Shown one piece after another: positions 1 to 13,730 of a stretch of 64,000 bases of DNA. The stretch is from the NCBI GenBank assembly GCA_973895155.1, contig OZ316893.1, positions 17,142,645-17,206,644 on the forward strand, in the 5' to 3' direction. Source of the DNA: Marsupella aquatica. Lineage: Eukaryota > Plantae > Marchantiophyta. Numbering within the stretch: the stretch's first letter is position 1; the number at the start of each line of letters is the position of its first letter. The translations under genes were made by a program, and so were the position numbers. The notes under the pieces were generated by a model. The model was not told where the DNA came from, searched no databases, and saw nothing but the letters and a program-made list of their open reading frames with translations.

Positions 1-944
1 ATATGATCATTGCGGGCCCTCCAAATCATCCACAACATAAATAAGACATAAAATATAGTCAATATAGTCCAATACTGCTTTGAAACAATGCATGCAAAGT
101 CTATCGAACCTTTCAAGTAAAAGTATATCTAAGCAGCTTGCTAAAACGTGATGGTCTATGGGAGCGAACAACCGTAAAATGGGGAAGCAATGGCGAGGAA
201 AGGATAAAGCGACGAGCTAAACCGAGGATAGACGGGACCACCATAAAAGCGAGGTCTTCATATTGCAGGGTTGAGAGGATGCCATGGCTCTCAGGTTGCG
301 TGGCCATAATTGATTCACGCTGATGGGAAAACCCTCTGCAGAGTGAAATGAGCGCATCCACTCGAAAAACGAACAAGCATAGAAACCTGAAAGTCAGTCG
401 GCCATATGATGTGGTCTAACGCTGATGAAAATTGACATGGAGGATCTTTACAAAGCTCTGTATCTCCCATCATTTTCCGAGTCACTACCGTAGTATCTCG
501 CAGTCACCCCGTGATCCCTTGCTAGGATTAACTGCAACAACGATGGCAGCCACGACAATTTTCTGGTTTTGGTTGTAAGCCTAGACTTTGCCGAAACTAC
601 TAAGCCTTAGTTAGCTGCTGCTCGGAGCTGTACTGAGCTGCAGACGATCAAGTTTGCTCCCGCTGATGAGGGACGCACTTTCAGTTTTTCAAGTCTTCAT
701 GCCGATCCTTTCGGGTGTGCCGTCGAGCTCGCTCATGTGGTGTCGCTGACGGGAGTGCAGGAGAGCAACGGGCTCTTATCACCAGAGATGCTGTCCCGGG
801 AGCTCTCGAGACTGACACATGGGCTGTAGTTTTGGGAGGGCATCCACTCCAAACGTATTTTTCCGACTCAAGGTGAACATCGTGAATGCAAAGGAAGCGC
901 CGCGGAGGTTGGTCATAGTTTGTAACTCCGTCACTATTTGAAAT

Positions 945-3900
945 ATGTGTGTGACTCAGAGCAGCTGGTCATCGTCCACACCTGGAACTTTACGGCACAA
1001 TCATGGGTCGGCTCGAACGCGAACAAGTTACTTGGCGGATGTATTTGACGTTTCGAGGTTGGTATTCGCTTTGATTTCCATCTTTGCGCTGAACCGACTG
1101 GCTTTTTTCGTGAGCTGCTGTTCTGTTAATTAGACAGTTGTTGAGCGAATTTTTAATCAACATGGTGTTGTCGTGCAGGTGCTCCTCGGGACAGAAGCGT
1201 GGAGGACCTTACGTTTTGGCATTTTTAAGCCTGGAAGTCGAGCCTACGTCCACCTCGAAGGTTTTTGGAGGAGACCACTCCCGTGAACCGAAGCGAGCGG
1301 TCCAAATTCTCCAATTTGGAGCTCGGAAAACACGCACTGTAGGAGTCCTGTCTTCAAAAGGCAAGAAGCATGGACATGGTATCCAAGCTGTGACAGAGGA
1401 CGAGACGATTCTGCAGAAACACACGGTGCTACAATTGAGAAGGCCACCTTCTGCTCCACATAATGAACTTGAAACGGCAAAAATTGAAACTAGGGACCGA
1501 ACTAGATACCGCCACGATGCTCTTAAAGTTAACAATTCTCAAAAGCTCTACCGACAGAAGACCCTAGAGTTTCTCAGGGCAGAGCATCCGTTTCGCGAAG
1601 CAAGGGCAAGCGTTAGAAAATTTCAACGGCGTCCTGTGGTGGATGAAGTAGTTGTTGCTTTGCAGCAAATACAGGGCAAGTGTGGGGATGTAGATACTGT
1701 AATGAAGAAGTATCACAGCATCTCAAAAACAGACATATCAGGCATTCTAACAGAATTCCAATTGAGGCGTGATTGGCGAGGCGCACTCCAGGTAAGCTTG
1801 AGCATGTTTTTGGACTTTTGTAATGGTAAATTAAGACAGTGTTGATCCCCTCGTCAGTGTTAGATGGAGGGAATGGACGATTGTGGTGTTGCCCGGATCA
1901 AAAGTTTCGTGTGAGTATGGTCGTCTGCAGATGCATCTTGGTCGTCCCGAGGGCATTAGGTTCTATATCAACAGAGGAATGAGTTCTTGTGGTAAGTAGT
2001 GATTGGACTATTGAGATTTAAGCCCTCAGGATGGGAAGGATCAGTTATCAACTCTGAATGGAGAAAGAGTACTTGCTATTTGCCAAAATGGGAAATGCTG
2101 ATGATCTCGTCAACTGCAAGAGAATTTGATATTCGGAGACAATGCGCACGATTCGTTGAACCTGCATTCATTTAATTTGAACAATTAATACTCTGTATCT
2201 ACTCCAAGGAAATATCTAGGTAGGTTGATGCTATAATAAAAGTTGAATCATAGAGTCTCTACTTTTTTTACTTATATTAGAAGTAGTTTTCTTCATAATT
2301 TTTTAGTCACCTCCTTTTGGTGGCTTGTTTTGACAGTTTTTCAAATGGATGAAGAACCAGGCTTGGTATGGCCCGAATTCACGTCAATACACGAGGCTAA
2401 TTGGATTTCTGGGACGTGAAGGAAAAGTAGATCTTGCGTGTACCCACTTCCAGGAAATGTTGCTCGAGAATTGCAAGCCTGACCAGTACACATTTACTGC
2501 GATGGTCAATGCGTATGGAAAAGCGAAACTGTATGTTGAAGCTTTAGCTGTTTTCAGTTACATGAAGGCTGCACGGGATGCAAATTGTAAACCAAGTACT
2601 GTAACTTGCAATGCTTTGGTCGATTCGCTGATAAAAGGAGGGAAATATGATCTTGCTTTCAAGATCTTCATTGATATGAAGGAAGGAAAGAATGGTCTAG
2701 ACTTCCGGTGTAAACCGAATTCAGTGACCTACAATATCCTCATTGATGCCCTGTGTAGAGAGGGCCATGTTGAAGCGGCGGTGCAGGTGATTTATGACAT
2801 GAGTGAAGGAGATAAAGAGCATGAAATCGAGCCCAACGTTACCACTTACAACACGCTTATAAATGCTTGTGGGAAGAGCGGATTATATGATAAGGCAGAG
2901 GAACTTCTGGACCACATGATTCAACATGGCCATAGGCCAGACCGGATCACTTACACTGCCCTTATTGATGCATATGGAAAGGCAGGACAATGGGAAAGCG
3001 CTGAGAACATGTTTATGGGGATGAGAAGCTCAGATATCCAGGTCGATGTCACGGCCTACACAGCCATGGTAGATGCTTATGCAAGGGAAGGTCACCATGA
3101 AAAGGCAGAGGTCCTCTTTAAGATGATGCGTGAGTCGGGCTTACGACCAAACCAGATAACATACCTAGCTCTAATTGATGCATATGGAAAAAGTGGATTA
3201 CCACTTGCAGCACAGGAGGTATTTATTTCCATGGAAAGAGAAGGCCATGAAGCAAATGTGCTACACTACAGCTCATTAATAAATGCATATGGCAAAGTGA
3301 ATATGTATGCGGAGGCTGCTGATGCATATAAGACGATGAAGAGGTCTGGTTGTCAGCCTAACCTCATAACACTCTCTGCAGTTCTTGCTTCAATGACAAA
3401 ATGCAACAACTGGGGCGATGCAGAAGTTCTTCTACAGTGCTTCCAGTCTTCTGGAAATGAACTGGAGTATGCGTTGTATAATTTCCTCATGCCAGAAGAA
3501 AGCCGTTGGGAGCGAGCATTGCAGGCTCTGGACAATATTAGAGAGTCGAAGCAGCTGCGCCGATCTCTGTATAATGCTTTAATGGATTTTTTGTGGCACT
3601 TTGAGATGAAGACGAGGGCAGCCAAAGTAGTTGCTCTTTCGAAACAGCATGGGATGTATAGTGACGAGTATTTCAAAGAAGAATGGAATCTAGATCTACA
3701 TGGATTGTCTGTTGCTGGTGCAATCGTGGCACTTCTGAAGTGGCTCGATGAGCTGCATGTGGCATGGTTATGGGGTGAGAATGTTCCAACGAGGCTGCGA
3801 ATAATTACAGGCAAGTCAAAATTCTAGGTTAGCATTTTATTATAGCTGTAGCAAATCATATATAAGTTGATTGTTTCATTTTTATATCCTTCGGAAGGAA

Positions 3901-4178
3901 GAAACTTGTTAAAATTAGAGAGTATGGCAGATCGTATTGTTTCTACATTTCAAGGTGTTGAAGCGAATTGATGTTGATGATCCTCTGCAGGGAAGGGTAA
4001 GCACTCCAGAGCGAAAACATCTGCGCTGAAACTACCTGTTGAAAACCTTCTACTTGAGCTCCACGCCCCATTTGTAAGTAAGGAAGAAGATTACAGAGGC
4101 TTTTTACTTGCTTCTGGAGAATCGGTGAGAGCCTGGTTAATGACACCTGGCATCAAGCAGAAACTGCAGTTGATGTGA
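945..4178 (+). CDS. P-class pentatricopeptide repeat protein with C-terminal SMR domain, likely organelle-targeted; exons ~945-1057, 1179-1791, 2337-3810, 3991-4178
   Basis: Tandem PPR motifs (e.g. TYNTLINACGKSG, TYTALIDAYGKAG) and SMR motifs LDLHGLS and IITG|KGKHS. Splice sites AG|GTTGGT (1058), TGCAG| (1178), CAG|GTAAG (1792), TGACAG| (2336), ACAG|GCAAGT (3811) and CTGCAG| (3990) all keep the frame. Stop TGA at 4176-4178. Ser/Thr-rich N-terminus resembles a transit peptide. Confidence 0.92.
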
Positions 4179-5288
4179 AAATTCGATAACTCGATTGGAG
4201 CTAGTATCGGAGATCAATGTTTTGGTTGATCGATGGGGGTATTTCCTGGCATTGCTTTGAAGCAGCTATGAAACAGAGAGCTAGGCAGATGTCGTCTGTT
4301 TACCCTCTAATGGGTAAGATATTTGCTTGTACTTCTTGAAATGATTCCGTATTTGAACTGCCTGGAATTATTTTGGTTGGGACGAATGGCCTTTCAAGTT
4401 TCCATGAATGCTTCGGTTTTCCCTGTTATGGATGCTGAGCGGAAGTGAACCCATCGATTTTCAATTCCTGGGGTATACATTTACATGTTTCTTCGTACCC
4501 TGGCAGGTAGGAGTTTGGTTACAGAGCTTTTCAAAGTAGCTCTCAACAGCAACGAGTGCGAAACCTCGGTAACTCGCCATGATAGTGGAGGCATCTTTGT
4601 AATAGGTTGGTGACTTGCAATCCCTGTTGGGCTGTAATTAATTTTTGAACGTTCGCAAGGTGCTGTTGATTCACACTTGCGGATTTCGCCACAATGGTCT
4701 TTGTGGTTGTAGGATACTGAAGGAGGGATTTGGAACATATCAGCAGAAAAGCAAATGCTACTCATTGTACGGTATTGTAAATTCTCTATCATAAACAGAG
4801 CTGTGAAACCTTTATCAATAAGACCATCCTCTCGTCCAATGCGTGTGCCGTGTTCGTTCGTGTGCCTTGTTGGTTTGGAAGGGCTTCGGCCTTCTTTTGT
4901 AGGCTTTGTGGTAGGACAGCTAGCACGAACCCACATCATGCACATGAGCTCAAGTTTCTTTTGTCAGCCAAAGTGGGTTGAGAGAATTAAACCATCGGTT
5001 CTTTCCCGATGTGCATTGTCATGACCTACCCATGAGGACTGGACACTGTCATCGAAATAATCTGATATAAACTTTAACAATTAGTCAGTTAAGGTGCATA
5101 TGTATCTTGAGTGAAGGATCAAACTGAAACTTCTTCGCAACCATGATGCTGCTCGAATAAGTGGTAGGGGAAAAATAGCACAAGTAGAAAATGGAGACCA
5201 TCAAAATTAAGTCAGCAATCGATTGTATTCCGTTCTGTCATTCAAATGATCCTGCCTCCCTACAGTAAGTACGTACGTTCTTGAATAC

Positions 5289-8200
5289 CTACCTGCCCTC
5301 CAAATCAATGAGATCCACGTCAAGTAGATCGTTCATGTTACCTAATCCTAAGGAGTCCCATGAAAAGGCTCCGGCACCAACTGGACCTAGGATTCCAAGA
5401 GGGTCTGAATATTCCTTGTGTTTGATCGACTCCTCTTCTGCTAGAGTTCCGGCAGGCTCCGAGTATCTCTTGTGCTCAGTTGATACATCCTCGTAGTCTT
5501 GTTTGATGTTAACCAACTGATCCATGACCTCCTTCATGCTTGGCCTTTGCTCCCTATGTGGAGCGAGACATGCTACGGCTAACAAGGCTACATGGTGAAT
5601 AGCCTCCAGTACCCGAGCTTGGGGAGGAAATTTTGTGAACATTGGGTCAACAATCTCCATAAGCCTCCCAGACTTGATCGCAATGATTGAGAGGGCAGCC
5701 AAGTTTACCTGCCGGGAGCCCCTGGTGAAATCGACTGGTTTCAAGGACGTTATGAGTTCCATCAGGACTACTCCAAAACTGTACACGTCACTCCTATCAG
5801 TGAGTTGATAATTCTGGTAATACTCCGGATCCATGTAACCAGGAGTTCCCACCACTACAGTTGACACATGTGTGACATCGTTTGGTACAAGTCTCGACAA
5901 TCCGAAATCAGTTACTTTAACTGTTAGATCCCGGGTCAATAGTATGTTCGTAGACTTCACATCTCGGTGATAAATGGGAGGAGAAGCTGCAGAATGCAGG
6001 TATGTCAAGGCCTCGGCAGTCTCAATAGCAATCTTAAGCCTCTTTCCCCAGTCCAAGGGCTTCGTCTCTTCCGCCTGACAAAAATGATGGGACGACAACG
6101 ACTGCAGCACGTCAATAGTTTGGTAGTATTGAGAGATTATGATCATGTCAGAAAAGTCAAAAACCTATGAATAGTGCACAATTATGTATGGATGCAAAGG
6201 AATCAGTGTCTCTATCTGTGTCAAGTAAATGACACGGGCTGTGCATTATTTCTTTCGGTTATCCGCTTTCGAATGTTGCTCGACGCTTTCTTCTTTAGTC
6301 GACTAACCAAGAATCCGAGGATTAGCTAGATTGCTTTCTTGAATGGAGATATGTACACCGCTGGTCAAAATGCGACAATACCTGCAAATGATCGTGAAGT
6401 GTCCCATTGGGAATGTATTCATATACAAGCATTGGCACTTCTGTCTCCAGGCAGCACCCTAGGAGCTTGACAAGATTTCGGTGATTTACTTGAGAGAGAA
6501 CCGTGACCTCGTTGAGAAACTGTTCAGCCCCGTTCTCGGTGACCTACACTCACCATATGCATCAAGAATATTATTACCGAACCGTGAAGTCCAGCAATCG
6601 GCGCTATGTTTCTGAGACTTCTCAAAACAGCGTAAGAACCGGCTGCGTTCTGAAGCCTGAGTACCAACCGAAAGATCGTAGATGGGATAATCAAAGAATG
6701 TGAGATCTGTCCTGTCCAAATTTGTTACATATGTGACTTGAGATGTCCTGCAGCTGAGAGAATTATTTTTTAAGCAAGCATCATTCAAAGATTGGCTCAG
6801 CGGTAGAAAGAATATGTTCAGTATGACATCATTATAGGAAGGCCCCGAACTCACACGATTGGTTTTCTTGATGGCGACTATGCCTACTGGTAGTGTGCCC
6901 TTGAACACTGTTCCATACCCTCCAGTTCCAATTTCCAGGTCCGCTGTGAAACCATGGGCTGCTTTCGAAAGCTCTTTGTAGGTAAACAGCTTTGCAGGTT
7001 CTCCAGAGAGAGAGAGAGACTTAAGTTTTGAGAGATTGGCCGAGTAGAAGTCCTTCGGGCGGTAACGACGCCAGCTCCATAGTTTGTATACCCAGTGAAT
7101 GAATTTTCCACTTAGCACCAGAATCAAAACTGATGTACTTACGATACCTGTGCAAGCACGTACGTGCAGTCAGTGAGATATGTTAAAATCTCTATTATCC
7201 GTAGGTTTCAATGTTTTTGTGACTATAGTTTTCGTATGCGCCTGTACAAATCCAACCCAGAGATGTAGATCTATCATTTGCGTCCACCTAAGCTGGAGCA
7301 AGGTTTCAGCTTAAATGACCAGCAGACCTTGGGATTTTGTCAAACTTCATTCATGACATATGAATTGATCAGCCAAGCATGGTACCCACGTCACGCACTC
7401 TGAATACTCATATGGTCAATAAGTAAAATGTATCCTAGCATTTATGTACCACCGATTGTTAGATGTCTTACTGTGTTTAACTCTTAGCTCTCCTTATGGC
7501 TTCTTTCAACACGGAGTGAAGTAGGTCATTGATTGTAACCTAGCGTACCTATGATCAGGACGACACGTTTCCTCTCCCTCTTCTCGTCCGAGCGTGTACA
7601 CTCGGCTCCCCTACAGGTTTTCATAGCTTTTCTGGTGGAATTTGCATTTGCCACCAGGGAAGCAGTAAATTGGTAGCCCACATAAGCACAGCCCGTGCCT
7701 GTGGCGAGACCATCTCCGACATAGAGGTTCTTGCATTTGCACTTGTGGCCGCCATCAGTGTTAATGCAGATCGCATTTTGGTCGCAACTGTTCAGTTCTG
7801 GATCTTCGCATTCATTTAAATCTGAGGCACGCAATAGAACAACGTGGATACCTTAGCCTGAAGAATTCCCAACCATTCTGTCCAACGCTAGGTACTTCAA
7901 ATCAACCCCTGGGAACTGCACTGCGTATCCAAAACCACGTGTGGTGATGTGTAACAGAAAACGAACGACAGGCTTTCCAATCTAACTTACAACTTCCAAA
8001 TGATCGCACGTTCTTCATTAAAGGAGAGAACACATCAGTTGACTCTTTCAACTTCATGGTAAACTCATATGAAAGCCTCCATATTTTATCGTCTGATTAC
8101 TTGACCTTGGATGCTACCTGTCCAGCCATGTCCGGGCCAAGACATTTGCGATATTCACCAGTCCAGTATTCGGTTTAGTTCAACTCACCAGCGCATCCAG

Positions 8201-10572
8201 TGCCGACTTTATAGCCGTCACCAGTATAACCCTCCTTATCACAAGCACAGTTGTAGCCCGGTACACTATCAGCGTACTTGCATGATGCGGCTGAAGCACA
8301 GGCATAGTTAGGAGATTTGCTAGCGTCTTCACAGCTACTTGCTCCTTGAATGGCCCACTGGAGCTTTAACGCATATTGCCCACCCCCCAGAGCATGAGCA
8401 TTCTGGGTACTGTAACTCTTCGGGTAAATAATGCCAGAGAACCCACAAGAGTCCTTGCTGGAATTGGCAGGATGCGCAGTACCTCCTCCCGTGAAGGTGA
8501 TCTCTGATGGTCCAGCAGTCAGCAGTGCAGAGAGTCATCAGAGCAGAGCACATGGTTCTCCAGTGACGTACTTTTGAACGCACAAAAACACATTTCTGTC
8601 AGCTTTGTATAATAGCACCTACTTGAAAGATGTGTTATGATTAGTGAATGAATGAAGTTCGTTTGATCACGAGCCTGAATACACATTCTTTGAATGTTTT
8701 AATAGAAATGATAAAAAAATAAATTATTTTGACATGCATAGAAATGATAATAAAATAAATTATTTTGACATGCATAGTATCCCATCTTCTTTTTTTCATT
8801 CACATAAATTTTGGTGTGACCCTGTGACCGTGGAGTAATTTTGGTGTGATCCTGAGACTGGAGGCTTGGCTAGACCCCAACTCTAGCTTCTCATCACAAT
8901 TTATTAGTAAGATTAAAACATTTACTTACTTGTGAAACTATACTAAACACTGGAAAGTGACTACTGTAGTGAATTAAGAGAATTTGAAGACAGTACTTTG
9001 ATACTCGAGAAGCTACTCAGTAACGTCCAAAGCAGAAAATGTTCACCTAATCGGGATATTGGATTAGTAAACTGATAAGTACGTATTTCAGAAATAGCTT
9101 ACAAGCATGCACGAGAGTTACAGCCGTTGACAAAGAACGGAGGTACGCTCATGAGTCGTAATAACCAAGAAGTCAAGATACAGTTGCTCTGTTAGGTGAG
9201 CTTGTGGAAAATTGTGAGTTGTAATCGCTGTGATTCTTCTCTATGCAGAAATTGAGAATCAGTGAGCTCGTGCCTTAAGAGACTAATGCAGCGTGCGATT
9301 TGCCGGGATTAAATAGAAGAGCCAGAAAACCAGTCACCCAGATTGAAAGATGGTCGGTCAGCTACCTCTTGTACCAGAAGGAACCGGGGAGGTACAGCAT
9401 CCAAAGGCGTTGCAATAGTTGTCCGTGATTGGGTCGGGGTTGTCACAGCCGGTCTCGCACTTCATAAGGTACCCGTTGCTCTTGTCACTACTGAAGAAAC
9501 CTCGAGAGTTACAGCCGTTGACAAAGAACTTATTCTCTCCAGAGAACACATACGGCTGGGTAGCATCCAGCGTCAGAGTGGAAGTGGTGGTGCAGTTACA
9601 ACAACTCGCTCGCAGGCCAGTGGCGTTCACTATCAGGGAATCGGCTTGAATTCTCAACACCTGCATCGAGGCATGTAGAAACATGTAACATCCTATTTAT
9701 TTGGGCCAGCTGAGTAAAAGACGATAATCCTAATGGCCTAAATCCAGGAACACAACGCAGGTTTTCTTGCTAATGACATAAAGGGAGTGATCATCACACC
9801 GCCTACAAAGGTGATTTCACCATGACTCCCCCTTGGCATAATTGAGATTGCACAGAGTGATTTCGGTTGTGTCATGAACATTTTGAACGACCGTGGACAA
9901 CGTCAAGGAAATTGACTCGGAATTGCGGTCCAAGCAATGGAAGATTATTGCAAGTAAATTATATGTGAAAGTGATAGGACCTTGAACCCAGCATTGTTCA
10001 CATTTCAGAATCTAGGGTTGCAGTTTAGGAATCACTGAATTTTCTGGGTGACATCGACGGACCTATCTAGATTTGGGCATCTTTCCAATTTCTACTTGGA
10101 GCAGTAACCTGCTTAATTGAGAATCATAAGCCAGAATCAGGGTCATGGTAAGGTCTTCCGAAGAAAGATCAGTCGCAAGGTTATCCACCACGGCAGTGAA
10201 AAGCAGCTCAGTGAAAGACGCATTACAGTACACGCGCAATAAGGGAAGTATTCAAGTGCAGGTTTCGATTCATCGTTCTAGCTTCGATGAATGCAAGGCT
10301 CTATATAAATTGAAATGTACCTCGAAATCTGTAGAAGACTTGCTGGTTAGAGCGAGCACGGACGAATTGGAACCTTTTCCTGCCTGAGATATCCCTTGCT
10401 TGCAGTCTAGCCGATACTGTGGCAGCCCTGGGCATCCTTCTACTCCTAAGTTGAACGGATATGGAATGCTCACATCGCCACAAACTGAAGGACACAGTGG
10501 TGATGCCGTTCCTCCTAACCCTGTTGCTAGCTTCAATCGTGCTACTACTAAGATCAATGCCAGCAGGATCAT
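5289..10572 (-). CDS. Wall-associated receptor kinase (WAK/WAKL): signal peptide, GUB_WAK domain, EGF repeats, TM helix, RD Ser/Thr kinase; exons ~10572-10321, 9660-9366, 8503-8189, 7821-7549, 7147-6855, 6543-6382, 6074-5289
   Basis: [14 protein letters not shown] (GUB_WAK), EGF-like [16 protein letters not shown] and [13 protein letters not shown], hydrophobic TM, and kinase motifs [66 protein letters not shown] junctions join the exons in frame; the exon 4 boundaries are least certain. Confidence 0.92.
8702..8777. repeat. Intronic ~37-bp tandem duplication
   Basis: ATAGAAATGATAAWAAAATAAATTATTTTGACATGC occurs twice head-to-tail; a second imperfect AATTTTGGTGTGA duplication follows at ~8807-8860. 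Confidence 0.8.
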
Positions 10573-13072
10573 TGTAATACCAGCCGAAATGTATTGGAGC
10601 TCAAAGCGCTCAACCTCGTAAGGGTTATTGTGACGGGTATTGTGATGGTGTTCAAATCAAGAATTTTGTATCAGGCTAATATAGTGACGTGTCCAATTAC
10701 ATTTACACTTCGGAGACACAGGGGTTCCTGGAAATGTTCATCCAAGGTCTGAAGATTATGGGTCATGGATTGGGAGTACTAGAACTATATTTGGACTTTC
10801 CAAAGTTCGGGTAGGACGGTCTAATGGCTTGATCGTTGAATCCTATCCTTGACATCCACGAATTATTTTGGTTTCATCTTAGTACTAATGAACAACATAA
10901 CGTGCAGCTCCAGAGACCGGAGGTCTTTACAAATGTTGTTCTATAATTCTCGAATTGCCTTGGAAATATTATTATCGCCGATGGTGCTACGGGCAGGACT
11001 GGAGTTACTGGGTAAAATCAATAACTATCTGCTAAGGGTTTAGCGCCTAAGTAGGATAACTGTACTTATCATGTATCGATCGGGAAGCCTCGTACAATGT
11101 ATGTTAGATGCATCAATTAGACTTCTCAAGAAGTAGATGTCGCTAAGAACTTGGTTCGTTCTGAATGAACAAGATATATTTGAGCCTAACCCGTGGATCA
11201 TCCTGGGGATCATCCTATCCATCGGAATCTCTTAGGTCCCGTTGATCAAGCGCATTTTTCAAACTGATCAAAAAAGTCATTGGCAAAACCGTTCCAGCCA
11301 TGTTGGCATGAGAGTAAGCTCTGCGATTCAGCTTTGGAGATCATGTCGGCGGCTCTGAAATTGAAATTAAACTACTGACATTCAGTCGACTTACGCCATG
11401 ATAGTCTAGTTCGGTTGTCAGGTCCCGGCCATCACTTCAAGATGTTCTAGACTGTCGATGTCGATCGCATATGAGCTCAGGATCTAATCCTCTATGATTT
11501 CGGCAAGTCAGGAAAGTACATAATGATAGCGAAATTACGACAAGCAAATTTAGCTAGCATCTCGCGGCACAGTGTCTTGACAATGCCTACTGCCAATCGG
11601 AAATTCCGGTAGCTTGGCATTTAGTATAAAGTAGGAGACCTCCGTCGAACATCAATTGTAGAAACACAAGCCAGGCCCAACCTTGACTATGACAAGAGAG
11701 TCTATGCAAAAGCTTCAGTCGCAATGAGAACTCCAGAGGATACTGATCCTTCCCTAGCGACGGGGCTGTAATTTTACTCACGATCAGCTGCCTTCCCTAT
11801 CAGAGCTCCATTGCTCCAAAGGATTATCTTGGTTCCAAATGTATGACCGAGTTTCTGCAACTATCTAACAGTGATACTTTCAAGGGTCTCTTCTAAACAA
11901 CTCGCTCGGTTGGGACTAAAGGGAAAGGCCACGACGAAGAGAATGGGATGTGAAGGGAGAGCCAAAACAGATAGACGGTTGAGTCTTGACGTCGTGCTTG
12001 CACTAGTCGCGAGCGCACGTTGCTGCTGTTAGGAGTTAGTCCAAACTTCTGTGTTGGTGAGGAAATAACGAGCTCGAGCACACCATAAGTAGAATGTTTG
12101 CCACACGAGCCCGCTTACCACCTGATTGATTGGAAAGTAGGTACAATAATCGAACTCTACAAGAAATCTCTTTCTCCCTTAGCAATGAATCCGTTGATAG
12201 AAGATTTTATTACGAGGCTAACTGGGAAGCGGTCTGGGATTGATTTTGCGCGTGTCTGCAAATAGTCAGCAATTTAGATACTACAGCATATTCAATTTCC
12301 ATATAATCTAATCATACAGAGTGTGTTTGTTGGCAACCGAACACACAGGATCCAGTACAGTAGCGACTCCACCAGTCACCCAATTAGATAACGGCTTCCT
12401 TATTCGCCTGTTTACAACCAGTCGACCCCTCATAACTTCATAAGGCACCTATGAGTGTCTACTCACCCAATTAATGTAGCTGGATCCGATTACCTTTCAT
12501 GACCCCAATGAGTACCGGTGTAACTACTCGTCCGAATTGCCCATGTCATCGAGATTGCCGCATCTTGGGAACCAAACCCTGATGCATTATTGCCATGGAA
12601 AGTCGTACATGTAGACCCATGGTCTAGAGCGGGATTTGCAAGCTTAAGCTCGGAGAACAAGTTTATTGTATTCATAACCTGAAAAATGCTCCTGAAATTA
12701 GATAACCCTTCCTTGGCTAACCAAGAGGGCCAAATCTCATAACCCCAGGCCAGGCTGGCAAGGGGTAATGGCTCATAACAATCAATAGAAATGGGCCAAT
12801 TTGCTTTTCTGCCATTGTGGGTAAACTAAGTAGCTTGCTCAGTCTGCTAAAACCAGCAACAACCTCCATTTGAAGTTTGGAAGCTACAAACAAAACGTAT
12901 ATAGTGCTCTCGGCTATAATCTCAAATCAGGAGTATCAAGCGATACTCTCATGTGTTGTCTGATGTAAGCATGATACTAGAGATGCAGAAGCAGATTGCA
13001 TTTCCTTTTATCCAAACTGTTTTGCTCCCAGCCCAGAACATGGGAACAGATGAGCAGCCGCACATTTTAAAA

Positions 13073-13730
13073 ATGAGTATAGATGGTCCCGGGTAATGAG
13101 TATAGATGGTCCCGGGTCAGGAGTGGACCTCGTTCGAAGAATGCAGCCAAGAGGGGATCTTGAGCATTCTTGGGTGATGTTTGATGTCATGCACTGCATA
13201 TTTGACAATAGATGGTGCACTATGTCAGCACACGTATATGACCATTTCTATCGAGGCTTATGCACAATCTTTGTCTGTGAGCTAGTTTCAGAAGACAACA
13301 AGTCATTACAAACTGTATGGAAGGTCATGAGGAGGGTATGTCAAGAACATGGGCTAAAGAATGTGCAGTTCTATGGATTTATGGTTGATAAGGCTATTGC
13401 TGGGTGGAATGCAATCCACAATGAATTTTGGGATGGAAAGGTAAATCCCCACAGAGAGAGGTCTGAACTGTTTTACTGGGCCCAATCAGTACAGAGAATG
13501 CAGAAGCACATTGTCCCAAGTAAGAGATTCAAGCATAAAGAATTGTTGGATTCACTTTGGCACTATGCTGGTAATATAGTTCTTGCCTATCGAGTTTTAG
13601 AGAGGCTGAAAACATGGTGGAATGAGGGCAACGTGCTACTGTCTAGGAAAAACAAAGGAGCTCACCACGTGGATGTCTTAGTTGGTGGATTGTTTGGTTT
13701 TCTCAATGTGGAAACTTTCTGAGACTTGCA
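13073..13730 (+). pseudogene. Degenerate Mutator-like (MULE) DDE transposase fragment
   Basis: WVMFDVMH...WCTMSAHVYD...GFMVDKAIAGWNAI...RERSELFYW resembles the MULE core (D..H, FMxD, decayed CxxH position); downstream frames are broken and no TIRs were identified. Confidence 0.55.

Noticed and set aside
113-376. Possible first exon of a divergent gene on the minus strand (MATQPESHGILSTLQY...)
   Set aside because: No recognisable domain and the window edge prevents confirmation.
4481-5024. Short ORFs between the two host genes
   Set aside because: No motifs; the region is likely 3' UTR or intergenic.
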